Shown piece by piece: positions 25,442-34,247 of a DNA stretch of 64,000 nucleotides. The stretch is taken from IMG/VR virus record IMGVR_UViG_3300036939_000014, positions 1 to 64,000 of that record. One strand, 5' to 3'. Under the pieces are notes generated by a model that ran no database searches, was not told the origin of the DNA, and saw nothing but the letters and a program-made list of their open reading frames with translations. The translations under genes were made by a program, and so were the position numbers. Every line of letters starts with the position of its first letter. Position 1 is the stretch's first letter. This stretch comes from a virus.

Positions 25442-25556
25442 GGTTTCCATATAGTTTGGGCATAAGCAGCGAGCAAACGCACAAATGATGATTAGTTGTT
25501 TTCTTCCCCTTTCTAAGTGATGCTATAAGTTTAATCGTTCTTTAGTCTGATGTCAA

Positions 25557-25829
25557 CTACTTGCGTTGAGTAATTTCTGTGACTTCCTCATCACTCAGAG
25601 AGAAGAACTCGCGCCTATCATCTCGGCAATGAGCATACTTATTGTGTAGTTCTTTCTCTAGTGCTACAGCATCGTAAGAAAAAATGCTCGCGACGTGATA
25701 GATGCGAGCTGGGTGTACACCTTGGAGTTGTTTGCGACGTTGCCAGGGACGCTTAGAGCGTCCGATTTTGTAACCAGAGGGGTAAAGGAGTAAATAGACG
25801 TATCCTGATTTAGAAGCTGACATCCTCAC
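25557..25829 (-). CDS. T5orf172 / GIY-YIG-like domain protein
   Basis: GYVYLLLYPSGYKIGRS...R..QL......I......D...LE..LH..Y...R..REFF. Confidence 0.6.
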   Translation of the reverse strand: MRMSASKSGYVYLLLYPSGYKIGRSKRPWQRRKQLQGVHPARIYHVASIFSYDAVALEKELHNKYAHCRDDRREFFSLSDEEVTEITQRK

Positions 25830-26223
25830 TTATCGGCATTTCACCAGGGTAGACTTCCTTGAGTTTGCCCTTATCGGCTTGAAAGTATTTTGCATTATTC
25901 ATTTGGCTGTTACGAAAGTCCTGTGCTTTTTGCATCATTTTGCGGTTGGACTCTTCCATCTTTAAACGAGTGTGTTCACTCTCAATATATTGTTGCAGCA
26001 GTTTACCAAAAGGTCTAAACTCATCTGTCATTCTGTAGTAGCCCCAGTCAATATGCTCATTTGCAACCCATAGAGCAAGGTTGGAGGGATTAGCAGGTGT
26101 GGTTATCTTGATAAAATCTTGTCTTAGTGACGCCCATTGCTGGATTACAGGAAGGAAGTCTGTGGGCAATCCTTCCCACACTAATGTAAATCCTTTGAAT
26201 TGTTCTAGATTTTCATTGCTCAT
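25810..26223 (-). CDS. hypothetical protein (137 aa)
   Basis: Overlap-coupled to the downstream T5orf172 gene. Confidence 0.55.
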   Translation of the reverse strand: MSNENLEQFKGFTLVWEGLPTDFLPVIQQWASLRQDFIKITTPANPSNLALWVANEHIDWGYYRMTDEFRPFGKLLQQYIESEHTRLKMEESNRKMMQKAQDFRNSQMNNAKYFQADKGKLKEVYPGEMPISEDVSF

Positions 26224-26268
26224 TACTCTATTCTCCTTAAATAATTAGCAGTAGATGCACCGATATCT

Positions 26269-26781
26269 TTAGAATCCCATCAGCTGAATTGATGCCCATG
26301 CATCAAAATTTAGATTTAAGGGATTGCCTTCTGTTTTCTGAAACTCCTTAAAAGCTTTCTTGGTTGGCTTCTTTTTCTTTTCTGTGATCCCCGTTTTCAG
26401 GTTGTATCTCCGACCGCACACTGGACCATAGCCGAGTGCGACACTTACCTCATCGGTCAACAGTCGAGAGCAAAAACAGCAGCTTCCTATCTTCTTGCCA
26501 TGTTCGGCGGCAATTCCCTCAGGATTATCGGCTAGTTTTTGTAAGACTTCTGTTACCCAAGGTTTAGCGTCCTTGGAACTCCAGAATGTACCTTGACGTG
26601 TTACATTCCCTAGCCAGTGTCCAAACTCTGTTGTAACGCTAATAGAACCAGGGTACTTAGACCTATCGCCTGTACGGTACAGAGTCAATATCCGACCATC
26701 GACACTTAGGTTTTTTATCTTGGGAGACTTGATAGCTTTTGCAGCCTCGTCAAACATCTCTATCAGTCTCATTAAGCTCAT
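26269..26781 (-). CDS. hypothetical protein with DUF6011-like Cys motif
   Basis: CCFCSRLLTDEVSVALGYGPVC motif; leader is near-identical to the ParB leader. Confidence 0.5.
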   Translation of the reverse strand: MSLMRLIEMFDEAAKAIKSPKIKNLSVDGRILTLYRTGDRSKYPGSISVTTEFGHWLGNVTRQGTFWSSKDAKPWVTEVLQKLADNPEGIAAEHGKKIGSCCFCSRLLTDEVSVALGYGPVCGRRYNLKTGITEKKKKPTKKAFKEFQKTEGNPLNLNFDAWASIQLMGF

Positions 26782-26817
26782 GGCTTCATCCTCAACGTTT
26801 GCTCGCTTCCTTAATAA

Positions 26818-26835
26818 TATTGACGTTTTACCAAA
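26818..26835 (+). promoter_or_regulatory. box promoter driving element E11
   Basis: TATTGACGTTTTACCAAAAA. Confidence 0.45.
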
Positions 26836-26841
26836 AAGTCA

Positions 26842-26975
26842 AGGTTGAGCAGAAAGATAACAGACTGGAAAGATGTTCATGTGTCAAATAGACTTGTAAT
26901 ATATAGCCAGTATAGGTTACAGCTGCCAGAGCTACTGAAGTGTAGATTAAAACAAAAGCTAGTAAGTTCCGTTAA
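26842..26975 (+). ncRNA. structured repeat element E11 (divergent)
   Basis: Box promoter 26818-26835 upstream; diverged core; ends GTTCCGTTAAAA. Confidence 0.4.
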
Positions 26976-27030
26976 AATTCAGGCAATAAAAAAGCCCTCA
27001 TAGGAGGGCAGCTAGCTGAGTCCAGCGAGG

Positions 27031-27885
27031 TTAGGGTTCTAGCGTCACCTTAATATTGACTTTGTTGCAAACATATTTGACGTTATCAAGGTTTATATCC
27101 CTGTAGTTGAATAGATGCAAGACTAGTTGCTTATCCTCTAGATGTGAACCATAAGCGATAAGTTGACCTATTCCGTGTTTCCATAATTCGCCGTCTTTGA
27201 CCTCTACAAGACTGTCTGCTGTTAGCAAATCAATATTGCCAGATGGTGTCGGATATTCTCTGACTCCTCCTAGTTGAGTCTGTAAGCGTTTCACTATCGC
27301 GTACTCTTTGCGTTGCTGAGATGTTACATGATATTTAGGCAGATAACGCTTAAGTCGTTTTACTGTGCCAAGCGTTTCTGTAACTGCTACACATTGCTCT
27401 TGGTTTAATTTCGTTTCGATGTGTGGCGCAGATTCTCTAAGAAGTAAATTTAACACCTCTTCAGGGATATCGCTTTTTAGGAGATACTTCTTAAAGTCTT
27501 TGCTTTCTGTTACCAAAAACTTTTCATAAGTATTTTTGTGCCACCCTTGGGCGTTTTTACGTGTAGCGAAAAATTCAATTATTAGCATCAATTCATCAAA
27601 AGTCAATCCATCTCTTATCCAACTAAAAAGCTTTTTTCTATTGATGCCTTTTCCTCTCAAATACTCTCTAAGCTTTTTAGCGTAAGATTCTCTTGGAGGT
27701 TTTTTAGACTTGATTACTTTGCAAAGAATCTTTGCTTGTATATTTGTCAATCTCGTCAATCTGCAAACTAGACCTATTTCAAATCTAAACTCTCCTGTTG
27801 TTCCATCAACAATATATTCTGGCTTGCACTTTATTTTGGGGATTATTTCAGTTTCGTCTATTTTCATTACTTTGGAGTGTGACAT
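27031..27885 (-). CDS. PD-(D/E)XK nuclease-like protein
   Basis: 284 aa paralog of 1840-2694 (KRLKRY.P.Y...KEYAI..RLQ..LGG.RE..TPSGNIDLLTA..L.E.K.GE.W.HGIGQLIAYG); bracketed by element copies. Confidence 0.5.
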   Translation of the reverse strand: MSHSKVMKIDETEIIPKIKCKPEYIVDGTTGEFRFEIGLVCRLTRLTNIQAKILCKVIKSKKPPRESYAKKLREYLRGKGINRKKLFSWIRDGLTFDELMLIIEFFATRKNAQGWHKNTYEKFLVTESKDFKKYLLKSDIPEEVLNLLLRESAPHIETKLNQEQCVAVTETLGTVKRLKRYLPKYHVTSQQRKEYAIVKRLQTQLGGVREYPTPSGNIDLLTADSLVEVKDGELWKHGIGQLIAYGSHLEDKQLVLHLFNYRDINLDNVKYVCNKVNIKVTLEP

Positions 27886-27903
27886 CTATACCAAAATAAC
27901 TAG

Positions 27904-27930
27904 CTTTTATGCAATCGTCAATATCGACAA
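27904..27930 (-). promoter_or_regulatory. box promoter
   Basis: TTGTCG-ata-TTGACG-attgca-TAAAAG upstream of 27885. Confidence 0.55.
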
Positions 27931-27994
27931 TCCTGTAAAACTAAGATAACTTGCTCTGGAAGTCTATTTTTTCCTGCAAATTTATAGAAATGCT

Positions 27995-28155
27995 GGGTTG
28001 GGGCAGCGAGCAACGGAACATAACACCCTCTAAAGACCAACTGGCTAGCCTTCTGTTGCATCTCAAAACAGACTTCTATTGCATACTGCGTATAGGTTTC
28101 GGCTACCGACACCTCCATGTGTTTAACTAATAGAAACAGTAGTTGCTTCCGTTTA
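27995..28155 (+). ncRNA. structured repeat element E12
   Basis: GGCAGCGAGCAACGG 5' domain; TCTCAAAACAGACTTCTATTGC core; ends TTCCGTTTAAG; first unit of a tandem duplication. Confidence 0.55.
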
Positions 28156-28221
28156 AGAGAACAGTAGATAGACTTAGTTAATGCATCCATTGGTATGGAA
28201 ACACCAAGTCAAGTCATGCGA

Positions 28222-28246
28222 GCCGCTAACGATTAGCGGCTTTTTT
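28222..28246 (+). terminator. rho-independent terminator
   Basis: GCCGCTAAcgaTTAGCGGC plus T6; ends tandem unit A. Confidence 0.7.
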
Positions 28247-28249
28247 GCT

Positions 28250-28395
28250 GGCTTTAGATTTTAAGCAGGTGTAAGCTAACTACCTTGCTATCTGTTCTCT
28301 CTCAAAATCAACCCTAAACGCTTGCTGTATAAGGCTTTCAACAACCGGAACCTCTGGATCTATAACTTAAACACACACTGGTACGTTCCGTTTTT
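28250..28395 (+). ncRNA. structured repeat element E13
   Basis: CTCAAAATCAACCCTAAACGCTTGCTG core; CCGGAAC..GTTCCGTTTTTAT; second unit of the tandem duplication. Confidence 0.6.
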
Positions 28396-28480
28396 ATGAA
28401 GCAATAGGTAGACTTAGTTCATGCACCCTTGGGTCTAGGAACAGACCAGATATACTAGCCGCTGATAGGCTGCTTTTTTG

Positions 28481-28509
28481 TTGACAAGCTTTTGACGTTT
28501 TGCTAAAGT
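28481..28509 (+). promoter_or_regulatory. double-box promoter
   Basis: TTGACA-17-TAAAGT with TTGACGTTTTGC in the spacer. Confidence 0.65.
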
Positions 28510-28536
28510 GAAGAAGTAGTTAAGTAGGTGACGCTT

Positions 28537-28755
28537 ATGAGCGGAATTAAGATTGTAAATAAAGGTGTCTTGGGAATTCAGATCGATGTGCCTTTTGTGA
28601 CTGACTTAGGCAGCGACAGGAATGTTAATGTAACGGTGTCTGATTTCGGTATCAATGTAGCTGCAACAGGAGAACTTAATGCAGATGGAGTTCAAGCACT
28701 CAAACAAGCAGTAAACATTGCAGAAGCCGTTCAATCAAGAGGTTTTGCTGGATAA
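28537..28755 (+). CDS. hypothetical protein (72 aa)
   Basis: ATG 28537; promoter 28481-28509; terminator 28788-28818. Confidence 0.5.
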   Translation: MSGIKIVNKGVLGIQIDVPFVTDLGSDRNVNVTVSDFGINVAATGELNADGVQALKQAVNIAEAVQSRGFAG

Positions 28756-28860
28756 CAAACCAAAATCAAATTCTCAATGCTCGCCTTAGCCGTAAGAGAT
28801 GACTCTTACGGCTTTTTGTTGCCTTTGGTAATCTATTACTAAAGACTCAGGTTGAACCCC

Positions 28861-31521
28861 ATGCCTACCCCCAATGCTGTACACAATCTCCTAAAAGACT
28901 TCCGCAAAGAGTATCCAGATTGGGGGTCTACTCCAAGTCCTGAGACGTTGCTGCTCTACAAACTTACCCGTACCATGTCAGGTGTCTCTACAACCCCAAC
29001 AGGCTCTACAGGCGGCATTGCAACAGCAGTTAGCATCATGGGGTCTACAGGCACCACGGTATTAACAGATAATGACGGCAGAATAGTCGTTGCCAACATC
29101 GCTAACCTCTTAGGCAGAATCCCCGCTCTCAGTGATGGCAGAATACCTGTAGGAGTAGTCTTTCCACAAAATCAAAATGTTACTGTGACTAATCAGCTCA
29201 CAGGTGTTGCAACAGAACAAAGTCTTAATGCATTGTTGCAACGCATACCAAGTAGTACCAACAACAGGTTGCCAGTAGCAGTAGAGTTTCCAGGGAATCA
29301 GCAGGTAACGGTAAGCAATCAATTAACGGGGTTTGCCACACAAGCTACGTTAGGGAATATTCTCACTAAGCTTGACAGTTTCAGCACAGATGCGGCGAGC
29401 GAGCAGACCTTACAGGACATCTTGACTAATCTGCCACTGAGTATTGCTGGAAGGGTGCCTGTAAGTCTTGACACGTCCTCTTTTAGTGTGACCAATCAGA
29501 TACAGGGTTATTCCACTGAAGGCACCCTAAAAGCCCTTCTGGATAAGACTCCGACCTTGACGGAAGTACAGCAGTCATTAACGGAAATACGAAACAGATT
29601 ACCAGAGTTAGATCAAGGCAAGGTTCCCGTAGCTTTTACGGCTCAGGCAAATATCACCGGGTTCAGTACTGAAGAAACACTAAGCGCTCTGCTCAATAAG
29701 ACTCTTGCTCCGGTAGACGGTAAATTACCAGTTTCGTTAACGTTTCCTTCCAATCAGTCAGTCACAGTAAGCAATCAGCTTTCTGGTTTTGCTACTCAAG
29801 AGACACTGGCGAGCATTCTTAATAAGTTGGCAACTCCCGTTAATGGTAAAGTACCAGTTTCGTTAGAATTTCCAACTAGTCAGCAAGTTACAGTAAGTAA
29901 TCAACTTGACATTGCTGCTTTGGGCAAAGATGCGACTCTTACAAATATTCTTAACAAGGTTCCTGCTGCTGTTGATGGGAAAATACCAGTATCTTTAACA
30001 TTCCCAACTAATCAAGCAGTAACGGTCAGCAATCCTATTGATGTTTCAGGATTAGGTAAAGACGCCAGTCTTGTCAATATTCTTAATAAGCTGCCAACTG
30101 TTGTTAATGGTAAGTTACCTGTCGCTTTAGACTTCCCACAGAATCAATCAGTTATTGTCACCAATCAGCCAGCACCTTTAGACATTTCTGGACTAGGTAA
30201 AGACTCAACGCTTGTGAGCATACTAGGTAAACTTCCAACGTTGGTAAACGGTAAAACTCCAGTGGAGTTCCCAGCTAATCAGACGGTAACGGTCAGCAAT
30301 CCTAGTGATATGTCTGCATTGGGAAAAGAAGCCACACTCACAAGCATTCTTAACAAGCTTCCTACCTTAACCAATGGCAAAGCACAAGTAGTTTTAGACT
30401 TTCCTGTCAATCAGACCGTTACCGTAAGCAACCAGCCTACGCCCTTAGATATTTCAGCACTGAGCAAGGATTCCACCCTAACTAACATCCTCAATAAACT
30501 GCCTACACTAATTAACGGTAAGACCCTTGTTGATTTTCCGACTAATCAGACAGTGACAGTCAGCAATCAATTAGACGTAAGCGCTTTAAGCAAAGAATCA
30601 ACGCTCACGTCTGTCCTTAATCGTCTCCCTGTTGACCTCAGTAAAGCGATCGCCTCAGGTTTTAGGTCAGAGTTCACCTCAGCCAGTCCACTTGCTACAA
30701 CGCTGCCTAGCCCGGTCTTAAACGATTCGCCGTTATGGACTATTGCTCGCACTAAAAAGGCGGAAGGTCAGGACTCTTTTGTAATGACCTGCTTAGGGCG
30801 TCGGTTAGCGACATTTGCAGCAGGCTTTACTGACATTGTAGAATTTGACCTTCAAACAGTAGGCAACAACTTAAGAAGCCCTACACTTACGGGCATACAT
30901 CCCGTTGAGATTCTGTCCTCTAATGCTGCTGACTCTTCTACAGGTACAGGCATTAGAACCATTGAGATAATGTATCTTGACGAGAATTACGTACTCAAGA
31001 CAACTGTGGTTACTATGGCTGGCACTACTGCTGTACAAGTGCTTAAGGATGGTGTAGCAATCAAGCCCACCTGTATTTTGAAGATGCAAACTACCAGCCA
31101 CGGTTCATCAGCGGGTGCTGTTGGTACCGTGATCTTAAGAACACCAGCAGGGTCATTTGCGGCAATCGCAGCACCAGTTGATCAGATTAGTGTAGGCTTT
31201 ACCTCTAGTTTCTCTGCCAGAACTTGTGTGCCTGAAGGCTACTTGGGTTATGTAGTAGACATTTCAGGGGTAGGCATTACAGCTAATCATGACTTTCATC
31301 TGCTCGCCACAGTGGCACAGTCAGATAAGCGACTCTTAGACGGTGTGTTCAGTAGTCTAGATTTCTTTACGGCTAACGCTGGCACACTTCCAGTAAACCG
31401 TGATGAGTTCTACTATGAATTGCCAAGTCGTTGTAGGGTAAGGCTTGCAAGTCGCAGCAGCAGTACTACTGCGAGTGCAACGGGTAGTTTTACTGTAGTA
31501 TTTGTGAAGAAGCCTGTATAG
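28861..31521 (+). CDS. tail fibre-like protein with ~13 tandem repeats
   Basis: ATG 28861; repeats of L..ILNKLP...NGK.PV.L.FP.NQ.VTVSNQ (38-47 aa) followed by a ~290-aa non-repetitive C-terminal domain. Confidence 0.55.
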   Translation: MPTPNAVHNLLKDFRKEYPDWGSTPSPETLLLYKLTRTMSGVSTTPTGSTGGIATAVSIMGSTGTTVLTDNDGRIVVANIANLLGRIPALSDGRIPVGVVFPQNQNVTVTNQLTGVATEQSLNALLQRIPSSTNNRLPVAVEFPGNQQVTVSNQLTGFATQATLGNILTKLDSFSTDAASEQTLQDILTNLPLSIAGRVPVSLDTSSFSVTNQIQGYSTEGTLKALLDKTPTLTEVQQSLTEIRNRLPELDQGKVPVAFTAQANITGFSTEETLSALLNKTLAPVDGKLPVSLTFPSNQSVTVSNQLSGFATQETLASILNKLATPVNGKVPVSLEFPTSQQVTVSNQLDIAALGKDATLTNILNKVPAAVDGKIPVSLTFPTNQAVTVSNPIDVSGLGKDASLVNILNKLPTVVNGKLPVALDFPQNQSVIVTNQPAPLDISGLGKDSTLVSILGKLPTLVNGKTPVEFPANQTVTVSNPSDMSALGKEATLTSILNKLPTLTNGKAQVVLDFPVNQTVTVSNQPTPLDISALSKDSTLTNILNKLPTLINGKTLVDFPTNQTVTVSNQLDVSALSKESTLTSVLNRLPVDLSKAIASGFRSEFTSASPLATTLPSPVLNDSPLWTIARTKKAEGQDSFVMTCLGRRLATFAAGFTDIVEFDLQTVGNNLRSPTLTGIHPVEILSSNAADSSTGTGIRTIEIMYLDENYVLKTTVVTMAGTTAVQVLKDGVAIKPTCILKMQTTSHGSSAGAVGTVILRTPAGSFAAIAAPVDQISVGFTSSFSARTCVPEGYLGYVVDISGVGITANHDFHLLATVAQSDKRLLDGVFSSLDFFTANAGTLPVNRDEFYYELPSRCRVRLASRSSSTTASATGSFTVVFVKKPV
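29090..30640 (+). repeat. in-frame tandem coding repeats (~13 units of 114-141 nt) in the fibre gene
   Basis: Recurrent ...aataagct(g/t)cc(a/t)ac...aatggtaa...gtaac(g/a)gt(c/a)agcaatca... Confidence 0.8.
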
Positions 31522-31560
31522 GGGTTATGTTAAGTCGCTTAAATTAGAGCGGCTTTTTTA

Positions 31561-31589
31561 TTGACATCGTGTTGACGTTTAGTTAAAGT
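31561..31589 (+). promoter_or_regulatory. double-box promoter
   Basis: TTGACA-17-TAAAGT with TTGACGTTTAGT in the spacer. Confidence 0.65.
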
Positions 31590-31617
31590 ATAGAAGTTAG
31601 TCAATAAAAAGAAAAAA

Positions 31618-31866
31618 ATGAAGCTCAAATCATTAAAAGACATTTCCACGAAAGTTATTGCTGAGGTACGAGACGGCTCACTAATACACTTGGATGAAAC
31701 AAAAGTGGCAGAGATAGCCTTAGGTAAAAGCATTGAGTGGACTGAAGTACCAGATAGCAGAGAAACAGCAGGAAATTATTTTCAGTGCTTGTATGAAGCA
31801 ATACTGCCTAATCATGAAGCAAAAATTGCAAAACAAGCAATTGTTAAATATAGGAACCCTGAGTAG
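31618..31866 (+). CDS. hypothetical protein (82 aa)
   Basis: Promoter 31561-31589; terminator 31905-31930. Confidence 0.55.
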   Translation: MKLKSLKDISTKVIAEVRDGSLIHLDETKVAEIALGKSIEWTEVPDSRETAGNYFQCLYEAILPNHEAKIAKQAIVKYRNPE

Positions 31867-31904
31867 TTCACTTCATTGTCATCCAAAATTTCCTTAAACA
31901 CGAA

Positions 31905-31930
31905 AGCCGACTGTAGTAGTCGGTTTTTTG
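31905..31930 (+). terminator. rho-independent terminator
   Basis: CCGACT-gtagt-AGTCGG plus T6. Confidence 0.7.
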
Positions 31931-31994
31931 TTGCTTATCATCCTCTTCTAGTTGCGTACTAATACTCTTAGTGCTAAATTAACGATAGCGAACT

Positions 31995-32052
31995 TAAGCG
32001 AGCAGCTATCTCTCTTAGCTACCCGCTCGCGCCTAAGCACTAACCCCTAATG
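31995..32052 (+). ncRNA. partial element (5' domain only) in the leader of 32079 gene
   Basis: AAGCGAGCAG...GCTCGC hairpin and CTAACCCCTAAT, as in E7, but no core hairpins or terminator. Confidence 0.3.
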
Positions 32053-32078
32053 ACTTAAACACCAAGGAGCTAAGACTA

Positions 32079-32303
32079 ATGAAAGCACGAACACCAAAAC
32101 TTAATCTAGAGCCTTTGGCAATAGAGTCTGTGAACATTCAGCAATTTATCCTTAACGACTGTGCAACTTATGCTGAGGCTGCACAGTTCTTTGGAGTAGA
32201 CACTTCTACTGTCGGACGTTGGATGATGGGAGTTAAGAAGCCTCATCCAGCTTGTTACACGGCTGTTGCAGCTTACAAGAAGCTACAAGAGGTGGCAGCA
32301 TGA
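32079..32303 (+). CDS. HTH DNA-binding protein
   Basis: YAEAAQFFGVDTSTVGRWMMG helix-turn-helix; AAGGAG SD. Confidence 0.5.
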   Translation: MKARTPKLNLEPLAIESVNIQQFILNDCATYAEAAQFFGVDTSTVGRWMMGVKKPHPACYTAVAAYKKLQEVAA

Positions 32304-32755
32304 ACAAACCTGATAAGTTCCCCGCTTATTGGATTAAGTTGGCTGTGGATCAGGTTTACGGGACTGAGGTTGCATCTTCCACTTGGCGTAAGTGGTTGCG
32401 CTTGTTTGACGTTAAACCTAGGAGTCATTACCTCACAGTTGAGCAATCCATTTTTTTACTTACCTATGCTCACCTAAGACGCTACAAGCCAAATAAAGGG
32501 TTGGGCGTTATTGATGTTAAAAATCACCTCAAGGCTTATCCTTATGCTCTAAAGACTTTTAAAGAGCAGGTTGAGCAGGCGTTATTTATTGAAACAAAAG
32601 GGCGTGATATGCCTACACTTATTCGTCAGTACACAGGTAAGACAGTCACGCTTAGAACTCTGTACAGATGGGCTAAAAGGCATAAGCTAGAGTTTGGAGT
32701 TAGCAAGCCTATACTTAAGCCTGAACTTAAACGATGGCTTGACATTGCGAGCTGA
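32300..32755 (+). CDS. hypothetical protein with C-terminal HTH-like segment
   Basis: ATGA overlap with upstream ORF; VTLRTLYRWAKRHKL. Confidence 0.5.
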   Translation: MNKPDKFPAYWIKLAVDQVYGTEVASSTWRKWLRLFDVKPRSHYLTVEQSIFLLTYAHLRRYKPNKGLGVIDVKNHLKAYPYALKTFKEQVEQALFIETKGRDMPTLIRQYTGKTVTLRTLYRWAKRHKLEFGVSKPILKPELKRWLDIAS

Positions 32756-32787
32756 CCTAAAGCCTGAGAACATTCTCGGGCTTTTTA

Positions 32788-32816
32788 TTGACATTGCTTT
32801 GACATTTAGTTAACAT
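32788..32816 (+). promoter_or_regulatory. double-box promoter
   Basis: TTGACA-17-TAACAT with TTGACATTTAGT in the spacer. Confidence 0.65.
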
Positions 32817-32843
32817 TGTGAATGTAGAGAAGAGATTAGTGTA

Positions 32844-33149
32844 ATGGACAAAGTAATTAGAGACGGTAAAGTAGCGGTATTGTACAGTCCTGGTTATGGT
32901 TCAGGATGGTATTCTTACCACAAAGTAAGAGAATTATTGTACCACCCTCATATCGTCGAGTTGGTTGAGCAGGGGCGCAGAGAGGATATTACAGAAGACT
33001 TAGTAAAAGGTTTGGGTTTCGCAAATGTGTATTGTGGAGGTGCGGAAGATTTAAGGATTGAATGGATACCTGAAGGCGTTCAATTTAAAATTTCCGAATA
33101 TGACGGCTTTGAAAGCTTTCTGTTTGAAGAGGAGTGGTTAACAGCTTAA
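32844..33149 (+). CDS. hypothetical protein (101 aa)
   Basis: Promoter 32788-32816; terminator 33175-33201. Confidence 0.55.
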   Translation: MDKVIRDGKVAVLYSPGYGSGWYSYHKVRELLYHPHIVELVEQGRREDITEDLVKGLGFANVYCGGAEDLRIEWIPEGVQFKISEYDGFESFLFEEEWLTA

Positions 33150-33174
33150 AAAAAACAATATAAATTGCCAGCTA

Positions 33175-33201
33175 AAGCCGTCCACCAAGGACGGCTTTTT
33201 A
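33175..33201 (+). terminator. rho-independent terminator
   Basis: GCCGTCC-accaa-GGACGGC plus T5. Confidence 0.7.
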
Positions 33202-33229
33202 GTGGAAATATTCGCCAAAACCCTCGAAA

Positions 33230-33640
33230 AATTGCCGCAAAACTTTTTGAAACTTACCGTAGCGGTTTAGCTTGTGACACTAGAAGTATAAAGGTTTGAG
33301 ACTATTTTTAAACAAAATGCCATTCTCAATAAGGGCAAAATAAGCTCAAATAATTGAGAATGCTACAGTCAACCGCCATAAGTCAAAATACTACATGGCT
33401 TAAATGCTTTCTTTGATTGAGTCCTAGCGTTTCGTCGTCTGTGACACTAGAACCATAAGGGTTTGAGCTGAATTCGCTACAGTGTCACAAGCTCAAACCC
33501 TTGATTTTGCGTGTCACGCTACAGCACTTTTTAGAAGCTGAAAATTTTTTGTGACATTTTTAGACCGAATTGCCTTGTGCAATAGCAATTCAGTGATTCA
33601 CTGCAATACAGTAGATTCAGTGAACAGAAACCACAAAATC
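33230..33640. repeat. iteron / inverted-repeat-rich non-coding region (candidate ori, clt or pac-like site)
   Basis: Direct TGTGACACTAGAAnnATAAnGGTTTGAG at 33273-33300 and 33440-33467; 13-bp stem GGGTTTGAGCT/AGCTCAAACCC; GTGTCAC/GTGACA copies; CATTCTCAAT/ATTGAGAATG stem; no ORF. Confidence 0.5.
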
Positions 33641-33642
33641 AC

Positions 33643-34173
33643 ATGAACAGGATTAAGGAATTACTACAAGCACAGGGCAAGCAGATAGCCGACAGTGCTA
33701 TCGAGGCAAAGTTAGCAGAGTATGGATTGAATGCGGACAAGGTAAGTGAGGCTGATGCCAAGACAATTGCTGAAGAGTTGGCACCACTAGCTCAGACGAT
33801 TAGCGGTCTAGCTGTAAGTAATGGCAATCCTGCACCAGCTACAGCATCTAAAGGCGGCAAACCAGCCAAGAAGGGACGCACAAAAAAGCTAAAGAACGAA
33901 GTCGATGAGAGTGCATTCAATGAGAGCATCACTCACCTTGCTCATGTAGCTAAAGCTGAGATTGACGTTGTTACTCATGAATTACAAGCGGGTGCTGACG
34001 CCTGGAAAGAGCAGACCAAGCAGGACTGGAAAGAAATCATCCTCAACACTCCTGTAGAGGCGATGAACGAGATGCTTGACGAGGTTCGGGAGGAGGCACC
34101 TGATATTGCCGGGTTTCGCAAAACTACTCAATCTGCGGTTAGAACTGTTTTCCCACTTCGCACTGCATCTTAA
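33643..34173 (+). CDS. hypothetical protein (176 aa), first gene after iteron region
   Basis: Lys-rich central linker; starts a co-directional 7-gene block. Confidence 0.55.
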   Translation: MNRIKELLQAQGKQIADSAIEAKLAEYGLNADKVSEADAKTIAEELAPLAQTISGLAVSNGNPAPATASKGGKPAKKGRTKKLKNEVDESAFNESITHLAHVAKAEIDVVTHELQAGADAWKEQTKQDWKEIILNTPVEAMNEMLDEVREEAPDIAGFRKTTQSAVRTVFPLRTAS

Positions 34174-34247
34174 GCCACCTAATTACCTAGTCCTTTTAGG
34201 CGTAATTCACTCACTACTTTTACTGATTACTTTTGGAGCAATAATTC

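Noticed and set aside
27918-28190. Track ORF (90 aa, minus strand)
   Set aside because: It lies antisense across element copy E12 and its 5' domain. It has no box promoter and its composition looks like translated repeat sequence.
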